Origin: Bacillota bacterium
Lineage (GTDB): Bacteria; Bacillota; Limnochordia; DUMW01
DNA length: 64,000 nt
NCBI GenBank assembly: GCA_012839765.1
Contig: DUMW01000027.1
Span: 1,137-65,136, forward strand
Direction: 5' to 3'
Below, piece by piece: positions 45,711 through 55,125 of this stretch (within the stretch, counting starts at the first letter, position 1; every line of letters starts with the position of its first letter). The translations under genes were made by a program, and so were the position numbers. A model generated the notes under the pieces. It was not told the origin of the DNA. It saw nothing but the letters and a program-made list of their open reading frames with translations, and made no database searches.

Positions 45711-47498
45711 TTGGCAGTCCAGTTGAGCAAACAGCAATACTACGACAGCATCTATGGCGGTTGGTTGGGCAAGAACATTGGGGGAACTTTAGGTGCGCCC
45801 ATGGAAGGGCGCAAGGAAGTGCTGAATCTAGAGTTCTTCCCCCAGAAGGGGCCTTTACCCAATGACGATTTGGACCTGCAACTGGTCTGGCTCCATGCCC
45901 TGGAAACTTACGGACCCCATCTCGATGAAACCCATCTGGCGGAGGCCTGGCTTGCCCATGTCTTCTTCAATTACGACGAGTACGGTTACGGGTTGACCAA
46001 CGCCCGCAAGGGCCTGCTGCCACCTCTGTCCGGTTGGTTTGACAACCCCTTCACCGACTGTATGGGTTCACCCATCCGTTCCGAGATCTGGGCCATGGTC
46101 ACCCCTGGTCGGCCGGACCTGGCCATCGGCTACGCTTGGTGCGACGCGGTAACAGATCACGCCGGTGGGGAAGGACTCTATGGTGAAATGTTCTTTGCCG
46201 CCATCGAAAGTGCAGCTTTCATCATCAAGGATCGAGATCAATTGTTAGAGATTGGACTGTCAGTAATCCCCAAGACTTGTCGGGTTTATGCGGCAGTACA
46301 AGAAGTGATCAAAGCCCATAGAGAGGGGCGGGACTGGCTGGAAGCCAGAAACATAGTCCTGGAAAAGCACGGTCATCATAACGCCACCGATGCACCCCAG
46401 AACATCGCCTTTACCGTCTTGGGCTGGCTCTATGGCAAAGATTTTGGCGATGCCATCCTCAAGGCAGTAAACTGCGGCTACGATACCGACTGCACCGGAG
46501 CCACCCTGGGGGCTATCCTGGGTATCATCTTGGGACGTTCAGGTCTGCCCAAGGAATGGATTGAGCCGGTGGGGGATGAAATCAAGGTTACCCCCACGGT
46601 GCATGGTTTCGAGGCCCCAAAGGACCTGAGGGAACTTACCGAACGCACCTACCGCATGGGCCTCAAAGTCCTCTTGATGCGGGATGCCTTGGCAGGCCTT
46701 TCCGAGGAAGGACTAGCCATTTACCCCGCCACCGACGATCTCACCGAAACGGCGGCAAAGCTTTGGGCAAGGAATGTCACCTCCTACCGCCGCTCCCTGT
46801 CGAGCCTGGAGGTCACCGTGAACATGGGACCCGAAGGACCCACGGTGTTCCCTGGCACCAAGCGCACCTTGACGCTCGAAGTACAAAACACCCTCACCAG
46901 TCCCTGGGTGGGTACCGTCACCCTGGAGGTGGAGAAGGGTTGGCAGTGTTCAGAGCACCGTTTGGAGCTGGCCCCCGGTGAAAGTACCACTGTGGAGCTC
47001 AGCCTCTGGCCCCCCCAGGAATTGCCAGCCTATCTACGGATGCCCCTCGTCTTCAAGCGGGAACTAAACCAACGGGTTTGGAGTGAACAACGCATTCCGG
47101 TGGTCTTTGAAACGGGACGGTTCTACCGGGTGCGCCAAGGGGAGGGGAAGGAGACCATCATGGGCTTCAGTGGTACCCATTTAACCTTGCCCCCAGGACC
47201 CTGCACCGCGATCACCCAGGTCATCTCCCCGAAGGAGCAGCGGGTTTACCTATTAGTGGCCACCACCGGCGGTCTTAAGGCCGTCTTGAACGGCACCACA
47301 GTACTGGAAAGCACGGGGACCAGGGACTTCATGCCGGCCTATCATCGTGCGCCCAAGGAAAACGTCTGCCAAGTGGACCTGCGGGCCGGAACCAACGAAC
47401 TAGTCCTGGAGCTTGAAAAAACAGAGCAGGTGATCTGCACTTTCCTCACCAGCGAACGTCCCCTCCATGGAGTACTGGATCTGGTGTTCAAGGCGTAA
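45711..47498 (+). CDS. ADP-ribosylglycohydrolase family protein with about 280-aa C-terminal extension
   Basis: ARH fold blocks YGGWLGKNIGGTLGAP, DDLDLQLVW and NCGYDTDCTGATLGAILG (di-metal Asp/Thr motifs). The C-terminal extension is predicted beta-rich. Confidence 0.8.
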   Translation: MAVQLSKQQYYDSIYGGWLGKNIGGTLGAPMEGRKEVLNLEFFPQKGPLPNDDLDLQLVWLHALETYGPHLDETHLAEAWLAHVFFNYDEYGYGLTNARKGLLPPLSGWFDNPFTDCMGSPIRSEIWAMVTPGRPDLAIGYAWCDAVTDHAGGEGLYGEMFFAAIESAAFIIKDRDQLLEIGLSVIPKTCRVYAAVQEVIKAHREGRDWLEARNIVLEKHGHHNATDAPQNIAFTVLGWLYGKDFGDAILKAVNCGYDTDCTGATLGAILGIILGRSGLPKEWIEPVGDEIKVTPTVHGFEAPKDLRELTERTYRMGLKVLLMRDALAGLSEEGLAIYPATDDLTETAAKLWARNVTSYRRSLSSLEVTVNMGPEGPTVFPGTKRTLTLEVQNTLTSPWVGTVTLEVEKGWQCSEHRLELAPGESTTVELSLWPPQELPAYLRMPLVFKRELNQRVWSEQRIPVVFETGRFYRVRQGEGKETIMGFSGTHLTLPPGPCTAITQVISPKEQRVYLLVATTGGLKAVLNGTTVLESTGTRDFMPAYHRAPKENVCQVDLRAGTNELVLELEKTEQVICTFLTSERPLHGVLDLVFKA

Positions 47499-47531
47499 TC
47501 CTCCTTCCCGGCCCCTGGGCCGGGAAGTTTT

Positions 47532-47957
47532 TTATCGGCGTCGGAAGTACACAATGGAGTTGGCCACAATCAGGCCAATGGCAATACTGGTAGCCAGGAG
47601 AATGGTGATAACCGTTTCCACGATTCCCTGCTCGAAGTTTCCTTGCACAAAGCTCAACATCGCATAATAAGCATTGGCCCCGGGCACTAAGACGAAGATG
47701 CCGGGGATGATGAACAAAGAGGCGGGAGCCCGAAACCGCCGGGCCATCAGTTCCCCAGATACACCGATCGCGGTGGAAGCAGCGAAGAAGGCCACCAAGT
47801 CATTCCCCTTGGACAGGCGCACTAAAAGCACCACCAGCCAACCTAAAGCCCCCGGAACCGCCACCCATCTTTTCAGTCGATCGGGAACCCGGTAAAGCTG
47901 CCCAAAACCAATGGCCACAATCCCCGCCAGGAATAACTGAAAGAGATAGTCCCACAT
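47532..47957 (-). CDS. Threonine/serine exporter family protein, small subunit (DUF3815-like)
   Basis: 141-aa 4-TM protein starting MWDYLFQLFLAGIVAIGFG. The track ORF extends artificially upstream into the neighbouring gene. The real ATG at 47957 overlaps the upstream stop (TGATG). Confidence 0.7.
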   Translation of the reverse strand: MWDYLFQLFLAGIVAIGFGQLYRVPDRLKRWVAVPGALGWLVVLLVRLSKGNDLVAFFAASTAIGVSGELMARRFRAPASLFIIPGIFVLVPGANAYYAMLSFVQGNFEQGIVETVITILLATSIAIGLIVANSIVYFRRR

Positions 47958-48733
47958 CAAAAGATCGCCACCTTTGCATTCAGGGAGAGAACTGCCCCCA
48001 CACCGAAGGCCAGGATCAAGGCCACCAGCAAGGCATCCAGCACCCGTGCCGCCCCCGATAGGAGATTGCCGGCGGTAAGATCCCGTATTCCATTGGTAAT
48101 GGTAATCCCGGGAACATACAACATCAGGGCCCCCACGATGGCCGTGTCCACGGACAAACCTTGGACAAGGCGACTGGCGGCCAACACCCAAAAGGTCACC
48201 CAGACGGCACCGGCGGCAGTACTTAAGATTCGGTAACGTGTCATCCGGTTTAACCAGGAACTGAGCAGATGGGCAGTACAGCTGATCAACCAAACAATTC
48301 CTCCGTCGAGCAAAGACCCGCCAATCAAATAAGCAATGCTGCCACAGGCTAGTCCTACCTGGGGGGCAACCCGCCAGGGGGACAGTGGCTTTCTTTGGCT
48401 GAGTCTTTGCAAGATCCCAATGGCTTCCTTGGGATCAAGGGTACCGGCCACCAATCGGCGGGAAACCCCATTGACCTCATCAACCACGCTTAAGTCATTG
48501 GTAGTAGTAGAAACTCGTAGGACCTGGGTCCTCCGGTTTCCTTCCCGGTCTTCTAAGGTGAGTACCAAACCTGTGGGAATAGCAAAGACCTCTGCTTTTA
48601 CCATGCCCACCCCTTTAGCAATGGTCCCAATGGTGGATTCGGTCCGATCGATTTCCGCGTTACTGCCCAACAACAGACCGCCGGCCAAAACACATAACTC
48701 CACCGCATCATCGATAGTGATCACACAACACAC
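47957..48733 (-). CDS. Threonine/serine exporter family protein, large subunit (DUF1212/ThrE-like)
   Basis: AGGLLLGSNAEIDRTESTIGTIAKGVG matches the DUF1212 signature. Multi-TM. It is coupled to the downstream small subunit. Confidence 0.75.
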   Translation of the reverse strand: MCCVITIDDAVELCVLAGGLLLGSNAEIDRTESTIGTIAKGVGMVKAEVFAIPTGLVLTLEDREGNRRTQVLRVSTTTNDLSVVDEVNGVSRRLVAGTLDPKEAIGILQRLSQRKPLSPWRVAPQVGLACGSIAYLIGGSLLDGGIVWLISCTAHLLSSWLNRMTRYRILSTAAGAVWVTFWVLAASRLVQGLSVDTAIVGALMLYVPGITITNGIRDLTAGNLLSGAARVLDALLVALILAFGVGAVLSLNAKVAIF

Positions 48734-49026
48734 CCGCCTTAACCAAATCCAGTTTCCTTCTAGATCATACCAATGAGAAACCTCACGGTCAAAAGGATTT
48801 TGTAGCCCGGTACCAGACCCCTTGCTCCTTGTTCCTTCTTACTTGAAAAAAGCGACTTGAAATCTGGGACCCTCTTTTGGGCTGTATTCGCCCTTTTTCC
48901 CTTGTCGCATCACGCTTTGTAGAAGTTTTGATGTTATTCTATAAATTTAGGCCTTGTCCCCTGAAGTCAGAATGACTATAATAGCAATTGTGTGCAGAGT
49001 AACAATGTTGTACAGGAGGTTGTGTC

Positions 49027-49281
49027 GTGAACAAGGTAAGACAGTACGCCGGCGAAATGGAACAGATTCGGCGTAAGCTGCACCAGGCATGGGAAAGGTC
49101 CGGGGGAAATACGCAGGATCCCGAGGTGCAAAGGTTGGCCATAGAGTTTGACCAAATCATGATGTCGTTCGTTCAGCTTCCAGTCACGGCCCAGAACGGC
49201 GCTGACCAGTCCTCCGGGAACCACTGTGATTGGGAACTTTCTGGTGCATTGACCGATGAGGTCACAAAAAGGATTATCTAG
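49027..49281 (+). CDS. Spo0E-like sporulation regulatory protein (aspartyl-phosphate phosphatase family)
   Basis: EQIRRKLHQAWERSGGNTQDPEVQRLAIEFDQIMMSF resembles the Spo0E helical hairpin. GTG start 8 nt after AGGAGG. Confidence 0.5.
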   Translation: MNKVRQYAGEMEQIRRKLHQAWERSGGNTQDPEVQRLAIEFDQIMMSFVQLPVTAQNGADQSSGNHCDWELSGALTDEVTKRII

Positions 49282-49356
49282 GTCAAGTAGCGAAATATGG
49301 TAAGAAGGTTCTCCCGGGAACCTCAATACATAGCTGGACAGGGAGGAGAGCCTATG

Positions 49357-50301
49357 CGTTATCGCAAAGTAGGCAAGAGTGGTTTGAGGGTAAGCGAGAT
49401 CGGTTTGGGAAGTTGGCTTACCTATGGTGGTTATGTCGATGATTCTATGGCGAAGGATTGTATCATCAAGGCCTATGACCTGGGGATCAACTTCTTCGAC
49501 ACCGCCAACGTCTACCATCGCGGTGCTGCCGAAGAGGTCCTGGGAAGAGTACTGAAGGATTTTCCCAGGGATTCCTATGTCCTAGCCACCAAGGTGTATT
49601 TCCCCATGGGCGATGGGCCAAACGATCGCGGGTTGTCCCGTAAGCACATCATGGAACAATGCCATGCCTCCTTGAAAAGGCTACAGACCGACTACATTGA
49701 CCTATATCAATGCCACCGTTTCGATCCCAATGTACCCATGGAAGAGACCTTACGGGCCCTAGATGACCTGGTAACCCAGGGAAAAGTCCTTTACGTGGGT
49801 GTCAGTGAATGGAATGCGTCCCAGATCACAGAAGCACTCTATCTTGCCGAGAAGTTCAATTTGGATCCCATCATCTCTAATCAACCCTGCTATAACATGC
49901 TGCAACGGAAGATAGAAGCGGAACTGTTGCCACTATGTACGAAAAAGGGCATCGGACAAGTGGTATACTCTCCCTTGGCCCAAGGGGTCCTCACGGGTAA
50001 ATACAAGAAGGGGCAACCCATTCCCCCCCAGTCCCGGGCCAGCGAGGAAGGGGCCAAACAGTACATCGAATGGCTACTGACGGACGAAAACCTGGAAAAA
50101 GTGGAAAAGCTTGAGGCTCTGGCCCAAGAACAAGGGCTTACGTTAATTCAACTGGCCCTAGCATGGATCCTGCGCCTACCCATCATCAGCAGCGCCATTG
50201 TTGGGGCGAGGACTCCGGAGCAGGTAGAGCAAAACGTCAAGGCTTCCGGAGTGGAGCTTTCCGCAGAAGTGCTGGATGAAATCGAGAGGATCCTAGCCTA
50301 G
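49357..50301 (+). CDS. Aldo/keto reductase
   Basis: MRYRKVGKSGLRVSEIGLGSW N-terminus. Start ATG 49357 with GGGAGGAG SD (track ATG 49297 rejected). Confidence 0.85.
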   Translation, partial: RYRKVGKSGLRVSEIGLGSWLTYGGYVDDSMAKDCIIKAYDLGINFFDTANVYHRGAAEEVLGRVLKDFPRDSYVLATKVYFPMGDGPNDRGLSRKHIMEQCHASLKRLQTDYIDLYQCHRFDPNVPMEETLRALDDLVTQGKVLYVGVSEWNASQITEALYLAEKFNLDPIISNQPCYNMLQRKIEAELLPLCTKKGIGQVVYSPLAQGVLTGKYKKGQPIPPQSRASEEGAKQYIEWLLTDENLEKVEKLEALAQEQGLTLIQLALAWILRLPIISSAIVGARTPEQVEQNVKASGVELSAEVLDEIERILA

Positions 50302-50331
50302 TCTAGGATCCTCCCTGGAGTAAACTTAAAG

Positions 50332-51390
50332 GTGAGGCCCATGCAGCAATATTTGGAGATTCCCAGGGAAATCTGGTCTGCTTTGTACCAGGCGGCGGAC
50401 CAGTACTTTTCCGCACAGCCTTGGAAACACTTCGACGATACCCATCTATTCGGGATCCAAGACCCCCGGACCAAAGATGTCAGCTATTGTTGTGTCCTGG
50501 GGGCCGCCGAAAGCACTTACGGTCTGCTTGCCTATCGGGGAGAACGGCCCTTAAGCCAGCATCAGATGCTCTTGGACAGTAACCCGGGCTCCTTTGAATT
50601 CACCCAGACCTTCCTGAAGCTAAACGCCCTCATTGTCCTCCGTTCCAGCCGAGAAACCCTAACACCGGAAGATGCGGACGTAATCCGCCTCCTCGGGTTT
50701 GAACCGGAGGAAAGGGAAACATGGCCCCAGTTCCGTAGCCTGGTTCCAGGAAGTCCCCCGATTCTGCCTGATACCGAAGAGATCCTCCTATTGACGGAGA
50801 TCTTGATCCAAACGCTAGATATTGTGGAGCATAATAAAGATAAGCCCTGGCGATTCGCCTACAATGGTATCTATGGAACCCATTTCGTCCGCATGGCGGA
50901 AACTACCCCAGTAGGAGAGATCCTTTGGTCCGATGAGTGGGTAAGCTCGCCTTTGGCCAGTGAATGTAGTGCTCCATCGTTTAAGATCAAGGATACGCCC
51001 TTGGTTCAACGTGTGCGCAGCCTACCTTTTCGGACCCAAGCCTGCCTTTATGTGGATCTGCGGTGGGTCACATCCTGTTGCGTGAATAACGGAGGCAGCC
51101 GGCCGGTTTTCCCCAAACTCTTCGTAGTTCTCAAGGCCGACACCGGTGAAGTGGCGGGTTTTGAACTGTTCGCGGATCATGAAAACGACGCGCTTATCGA
51201 GCAACGCTTCGTTGCTACCCTCGATGAATTGGGATACATTCCGGAACACATTTTCACCACCAGCAGTCGCGTCCAGGATATCATCGCTCCGCTGGTGGCA
51301 GGAACCGGTTGTCGGGTGAGGCGGGTGGGGCTTTTGCCTTTAGTGGACGACTTCATGGCCGGCTTGGACCAGTTCATGCAGAAGTGGTAG
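50332..51390 (+). CDS. Hypothetical protein (352 aa)
   Basis: Long clean ORF with SD AAAGGTGAGG and no motif I can place. Confidence 0.5.
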   Translation: MRPMQQYLEIPREIWSALYQAADQYFSAQPWKHFDDTHLFGIQDPRTKDVSYCCVLGAAESTYGLLAYRGERPLSQHQMLLDSNPGSFEFTQTFLKLNALIVLRSSRETLTPEDADVIRLLGFEPEERETWPQFRSLVPGSPPILPDTEEILLLTEILIQTLDIVEHNKDKPWRFAYNGIYGTHFVRMAETTPVGEILWSDEWVSSPLASECSAPSFKIKDTPLVQRVRSLPFRTQACLYVDLRWVTSCCVNNGGSRPVFPKLFVVLKADTGEVAGFELFADHENDALIEQRFVATLDELGYIPEHIFTTSSRVQDIIAPLVAGTGCRVRRVGLLPLVDDFMAGLDQFMQKW

Positions 51391-51399
51391 TGAATCGCG

Positions 51400-52761
51400 T
51401 CACAGCTTTTCCTGGATAGTCATCCGCTGGCGCAAGGCTTTACTGCCTGCGGGATGATGCCAGATCACAAGACTCTCCACGATCTCCCCACTGGTATAGC
51501 CGATCGCTCCGGCAATGGCCGGATGAACCGAAAGTACTAGGCTAGTGAGCAATGCCACCACGGCCGCGATCAGATTCGCGGTCTTCGCCCGACCGATAAT
51601 CCCCGTACTACCATTCTGCATGATAATCCCCCAGCAAAACTCCCGCCAGGCACAGGCAATGGGGAACAGGGCGAAGACCCCAAGGACACCCCGCGCAGTC
51701 TTGGTCACCGTCGGGGATACACCAATAACAGACCCAAAGACCCAGTTTCCCAGGGGCGTGAGGGCCAAAGAAAGCATCACCAAAGTCAGCACAAGGCCCA
51801 CCAGCAAACAGAACCGGCGCACCACACCCTCCTCATCGGCACCATACACAAACAGACACTGGTGAAGGGAACGGGCGGGACCAACGATGACAGTCATCAG
51901 ACTCAAGGCCACGGCATAACCAGCCAAGTCTTCCGCCGGTGCCAAGGAAAACCTGGCAATCCCCGCCTGGATCACCGAGGGGATCAAGGCCGCGATAAGG
52001 CTCATCACCCCGAGAGGAATAAAGAAATTCCGTACCATCCCCATGGTTAGCTCCCCGTGGTCCTTGGAGGGAAGGTGAGTCACTCCCCGGGAAAGCGAAC
52101 CGAAGGACCAAACAAAGTAACTAAGAATGATTAACAGCTCAAAACCGATGCCGGCGACCCATGCGATACTGCCGGCCTCAATGCCAGTGAAGACCTGACC
52201 TGCCACCACCCAAGAAAGGAAGAAGAACAAGACCACCACCCGCATCGCAGTGGCAACGGCCATGATTCCCGTCCGTACCAAACCAACAGCCATTCCTTGA
52301 TAGGCATTCCTCAAAGTTTCTACAAAGGGGAGGAAAGCGGCAATCCGCAGGGCCCGATAGGCAAGATCCAACTGATCAGGATCGTCGATCTTAAACACAT
52401 ATTGCAGCACAAGCCCCCCCAGGGGTGTATAGCCCAAAAGGCTCAGCAGGAAAAAGACAACAGAGATGACCTGCCAGTTAAACCTGCGAACAAGTCGATA
52501 GCTTTTCTGATCGTCCACAAAGGCTAAGAAGACCTGGGTAGACATCAGTTCCGGTGCCTTGATAACATTCACCATCGACTTGACGATACCAAAGACGGCA
52601 ATGTTAACCTCTGGATTGGGCAAACGAGCCAAAGCGCCATCTACGATGGAATGGGTTGAAGCGATCAGAAATGGTGTGGCCCCCAAAGGGAGGAAAAAGC
52701 GCAACAACTTCCAGAAAGTCACTTTAGTTCCCAATGGTCTATCCCTTTCTAACCCGCGCAT
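51400..52761 (-). CDS. Polytopic membrane protein, MATE/MOP-superfamily-like (paralogue of 30224..31513)
   Basis: See shared blocks listed for 30224..31513. About 12 TM helices. Confidence 0.55.
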   Translation of the reverse strand: MRGLERDRPLGTKVTFWKLLRFFLPLGATPFLIASTHSIVDGALARLPNPEVNIAVFGIVKSMVNVIKAPELMSTQVFLAFVDDQKSYRLVRRFNWQVISVVFFLLSLLGYTPLGGLVLQYVFKIDDPDQLDLAYRALRIAAFLPFVETLRNAYQGMAVGLVRTGIMAVATAMRVVVLFFFLSWVVAGQVFTGIEAGSIAWVAGIGFELLIILSYFVWSFGSLSRGVTHLPSKDHGELTMGMVRNFFIPLGVMSLIAALIPSVIQAGIARFSLAPAEDLAGYAVALSLMTVIVGPARSLHQCLFVYGADEEGVVRRFCLLVGLVLTLVMLSLALTPLGNWVFGSVIGVSPTVTKTARGVLGVFALFPIACAWREFCWGIIMQNGSTGIIGRAKTANLIAAVVALLTSLVLSVHPAIAGAIGYTSGEIVESLVIWHHPAGSKALRQRMTIQEKL

Positions 52762-53005
52762 CGCCTAAAACCGTACAGACTCATCTCTATGCACGGACTA
52801 AGTAGAAATGTTAGGCTGTTCCTAATGGTTGATGTGGTCGTGGCATAGTGGAGTGAGTAAGTCACAGAAAACATCCCGAGGTCGTGTAGCAATTAGGAAG
52901 CGCCTTTCTCTGTAGTGTAGTCTACCCCTTGGTTCTTGTCAAGAATAGACAAAAAGGTGAGAATAGGTCTTGTGTATATCTAATGGTATGTGGTAGAATA
53001 TCTCA

Positions 53006-53135
53006 TGTTAATAACTGAATGTCATGTTACTGTATGTAACTTCGGAAGCGATGAACCCTGATTGTATGTGGTCACTTTGGATCAGGGTGAGCTAGTAGTG
53101 AAACCGGCCGAGGTATCGGCCGGTTTGTTTTTTTT
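53006..53135 (+). ncRNA. Putative small structured RNA / cis-leader with its own intrinsic terminator (orphan terminator on + strand)
   Basis: Promoter-like TTGTGT(52970)-18nt-TAGAAT(52994) with an upstream TG. Hairpin CCCTGAT...ATCAGGG (53056-53087). Terminator AAACCGGCCGA-ggta-TCGGCCGGTTT+GTTTTTTTT (53101-53135). No + strand CDS lies upstream (the neighbour is minus-strand); the pilin gene starts 85 nt downstream. Confidence 0.4.
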
Positions 53136-53219
53136 GTGGAGAACGATGACGAAGGGAGGGAAGCACAACTCTTAGCCTCTGCCGTTAATACCGTAATCTA
53201 TTCGAGGGGGGAATAATCT

Positions 53220-53657
53220 ATGTTTAAATTATTTAGAAAGAAAAATGAAGAAGGATTTACCATTGCAGAATTGTTAATCGTTATTGTAGTGTTGGGAATC
53301 CTCGCCGCCATTGCCATCCCTAGTTTCACTGGTCTCCAGAAAAGGGCCCGCAGGGCAGAACTAGAGAGCAATGGAAGGGCCATTGTGCTGGCTTTGGAGA
53401 TGTATAAGATTGAAACAGGAAAGTATCCCGACGTTCAAACGCAAGAGAATAATATTAACGAGCTAAAAGTTCCCCTTCAGGGTTATCTGACCAATGTTGA
53501 ACAGATCCTGCAAACAGTCCCCAGTGGAACCTACAAGAAAGATACACCAGAAGGGGGGTATACACTTACCTTGGGCGATGGAGATGATACTGAGGTTACT
53601 TTCGTGAACGGCGTACTTCAAACGGAATCTGAAACGGAATCTAAACCGGAACCGTAA
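53220..53657 (+). CDS. Type IV pilin / pseudopilin (prepilin with class III leader)
   Basis: MFKLFRKKNEEG|FTIAELLIVIVVLGILAAIAIP. This is the prepilin peptidase cleavage motif (G/F) with Glu+5 and a hydrophobic helix. SD GAGGGGGGAA. No pilus assembly genes are nearby. Confidence 0.85.
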   Translation: MFKLFRKKNEEGFTIAELLIVIVVLGILAAIAIPSFTGLQKRARRAELESNGRAIVLALEMYKIETGKYPDVQTQENNINELKVPLQGYLTNVEQILQTVPSGTYKKDTPEGGYTLTLGDGDDTEVTFVNGVLQTESETESKPEP

Positions 53658-53719
53658 TCACGGGGCGTACAGGGAGATACGACGGTTAGGTAATCGACCT
53701 GACGTTGCAGAGTCGGATT

Positions 53720-53757
53720 GGGTGATACTGGATAGTACACCAGTATCACCCTTTTCT
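53720..53757 (+). terminator. Rho-independent terminator after the pilin gene
   Basis: GGGTGATACTGG-atagtaca-CCAGTATCACCC followed by TTTTCT. Confidence 0.8.
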
Positions 53758-54152
53758 ATATTAATCGGGAGTAAGGAACGCGTACACTTTCATATAGGAT
53801 CTAGAACTGACTGAATTCCCGGAAATACCAATATCTGAATCCACAGTGCTTTTTTCTCTGGTCTGGGTTGCAAGGCTGTCTCTCGTAGCTTGGCGTGCTG
53901 AAACCGACTTGATTTCAGGCTTTATTGAGGGCATCAAGAGGAACACTTCCTGCCAAGACGTGGGAAACCGCATCCTAAAAGATTCTCTCAGTGGGATCAT
54001 TTCTTCTTGCAATCTTCCCGCACCGAAACTGCCAGAACAGACCCGCGACATCGCTTCTTTTAGGATAACGTTCGGTAACTTCTTCCGGTTACGGCAAGGC
54101 ATTTTCTCATCAATAGTCCTTATACCAAGCGAATCGAGTCCAACACGTAATA

Positions 54153-55007
54153 CTACATCGACCGCTTGCGAAACTGTAAGGGGGTAAGGCCTTCGTATTT
54201 CCGGAACATCCTGATGAAATGACTTGCGCTGTTGAAGCCCACCCGCTGGGCGATTTCCTCCACCGATAGTCTAGTGTTCTGTAAAAGGGTTTTTCCCTGG
54301 GTAAGACGTTCGTTCAGCAAGTATTCATAGGGACTGAACCCCGTATGCTTCTTGAAGATACGAGATAGGTGATACTTACTCATCCCCACACTCTGAGCTA
54401 ATGCATCAAGATTAAGGGGACGATCGTATCTTTCCTCGATCTGCCGGATCACCCTGTCGACCGGAGAGGGGAGGGTATTGTTACCGCTTCCCTCATAGCT
54501 TCTCAGCAAGAGCTCCGTAAGAATCTGCACAATAAGACAAGAGGCTTGAACGTCGAGACGCGGATCCTTCTGCTTCATCATGGTATGGATGTCCTTCATG
54601 TTTGCGAGAATTGAACTGGTTGCCGGTACATGAAACACCGGCCCTTGGATCTCATAGAGCCGCTCCACATAGCCCGCACTTTCACTGCCATTAAAGTGAA
54701 TCCAGGTAATCTCCCAAAGATCCTGTGGGTCAGTATAATACAGTTGGTAATTCATACAGTTAATCAAGAATCCCATACCCGGGGTCAGGGTATAGGACTT
54801 CTCCCGGTATTCCAAGTAGCCCTTTCCATTCAGAGTGTAAACCAGCAACATACTGTTCAAATCCTGACGTTCAGTGCGATACCGTTCAGTGGCCCACAAA
54901 TGTCCGCCAGATTGCACGTAATAGAAGAGAGAACGGGCCATTCCCGCAGGCGTGTGATGAATAGACCAAGACCTACTATCCCAACCTAGGGCTGTCACCA
55001 TCTGCAA
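54153..55007 (-). CDS. AraC/XylS family transcriptional regulator (cupin + HTH)
   Basis: C-terminal AraC HTH: LAQSVGMSKYHLSRIFKKHTGFSPYEYLLNERLTQGKTLL...IAQRVGFNSASHFIRMFRKYEGLTP. Confidence 0.85.
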   Translation of the reverse strand: MQMVTALGWDSRSWSIHHTPAGMARSLFYYVQSGGHLWATERYRTERQDLNSMLLVYTLNGKGYLEYREKSYTLTPGMGFLINCMNYQLYYTDPQDLWEITWIHFNGSESAGYVERLYEIQGPVFHVPATSSILANMKDIHTMMKQKDPRLDVQASCLIVQILTELLLRSYEGSGNNTLPSPVDRVIRQIEERYDRPLNLDALAQSVGMSKYHLSRIFKKHTGFSPYEYLLNERLTQGKTLLQNTRLSVEEIAQRVGFNSASHFIRMFRKYEGLTPLQFRKRSM

Positions 55008-55125
55008 CCCCCAGCAAGATCTGTCGATTTTTTAGCAACTTATCCTAATGATACCCATTCTGCAACGTAGTATAATCATAACATGATCATGCTATTTTGC
55101 CCAGACTAACCAAAGGAGGCTCTTT

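Noticed and set aside
53761-54187. Mutually antisense 113-aa ORFs between the pilin terminator and the AraC gene
   Set aside because: They have no SD and no motifs. The region is AT-rich non-coding DNA, probably the AraC gene's 3' flank.
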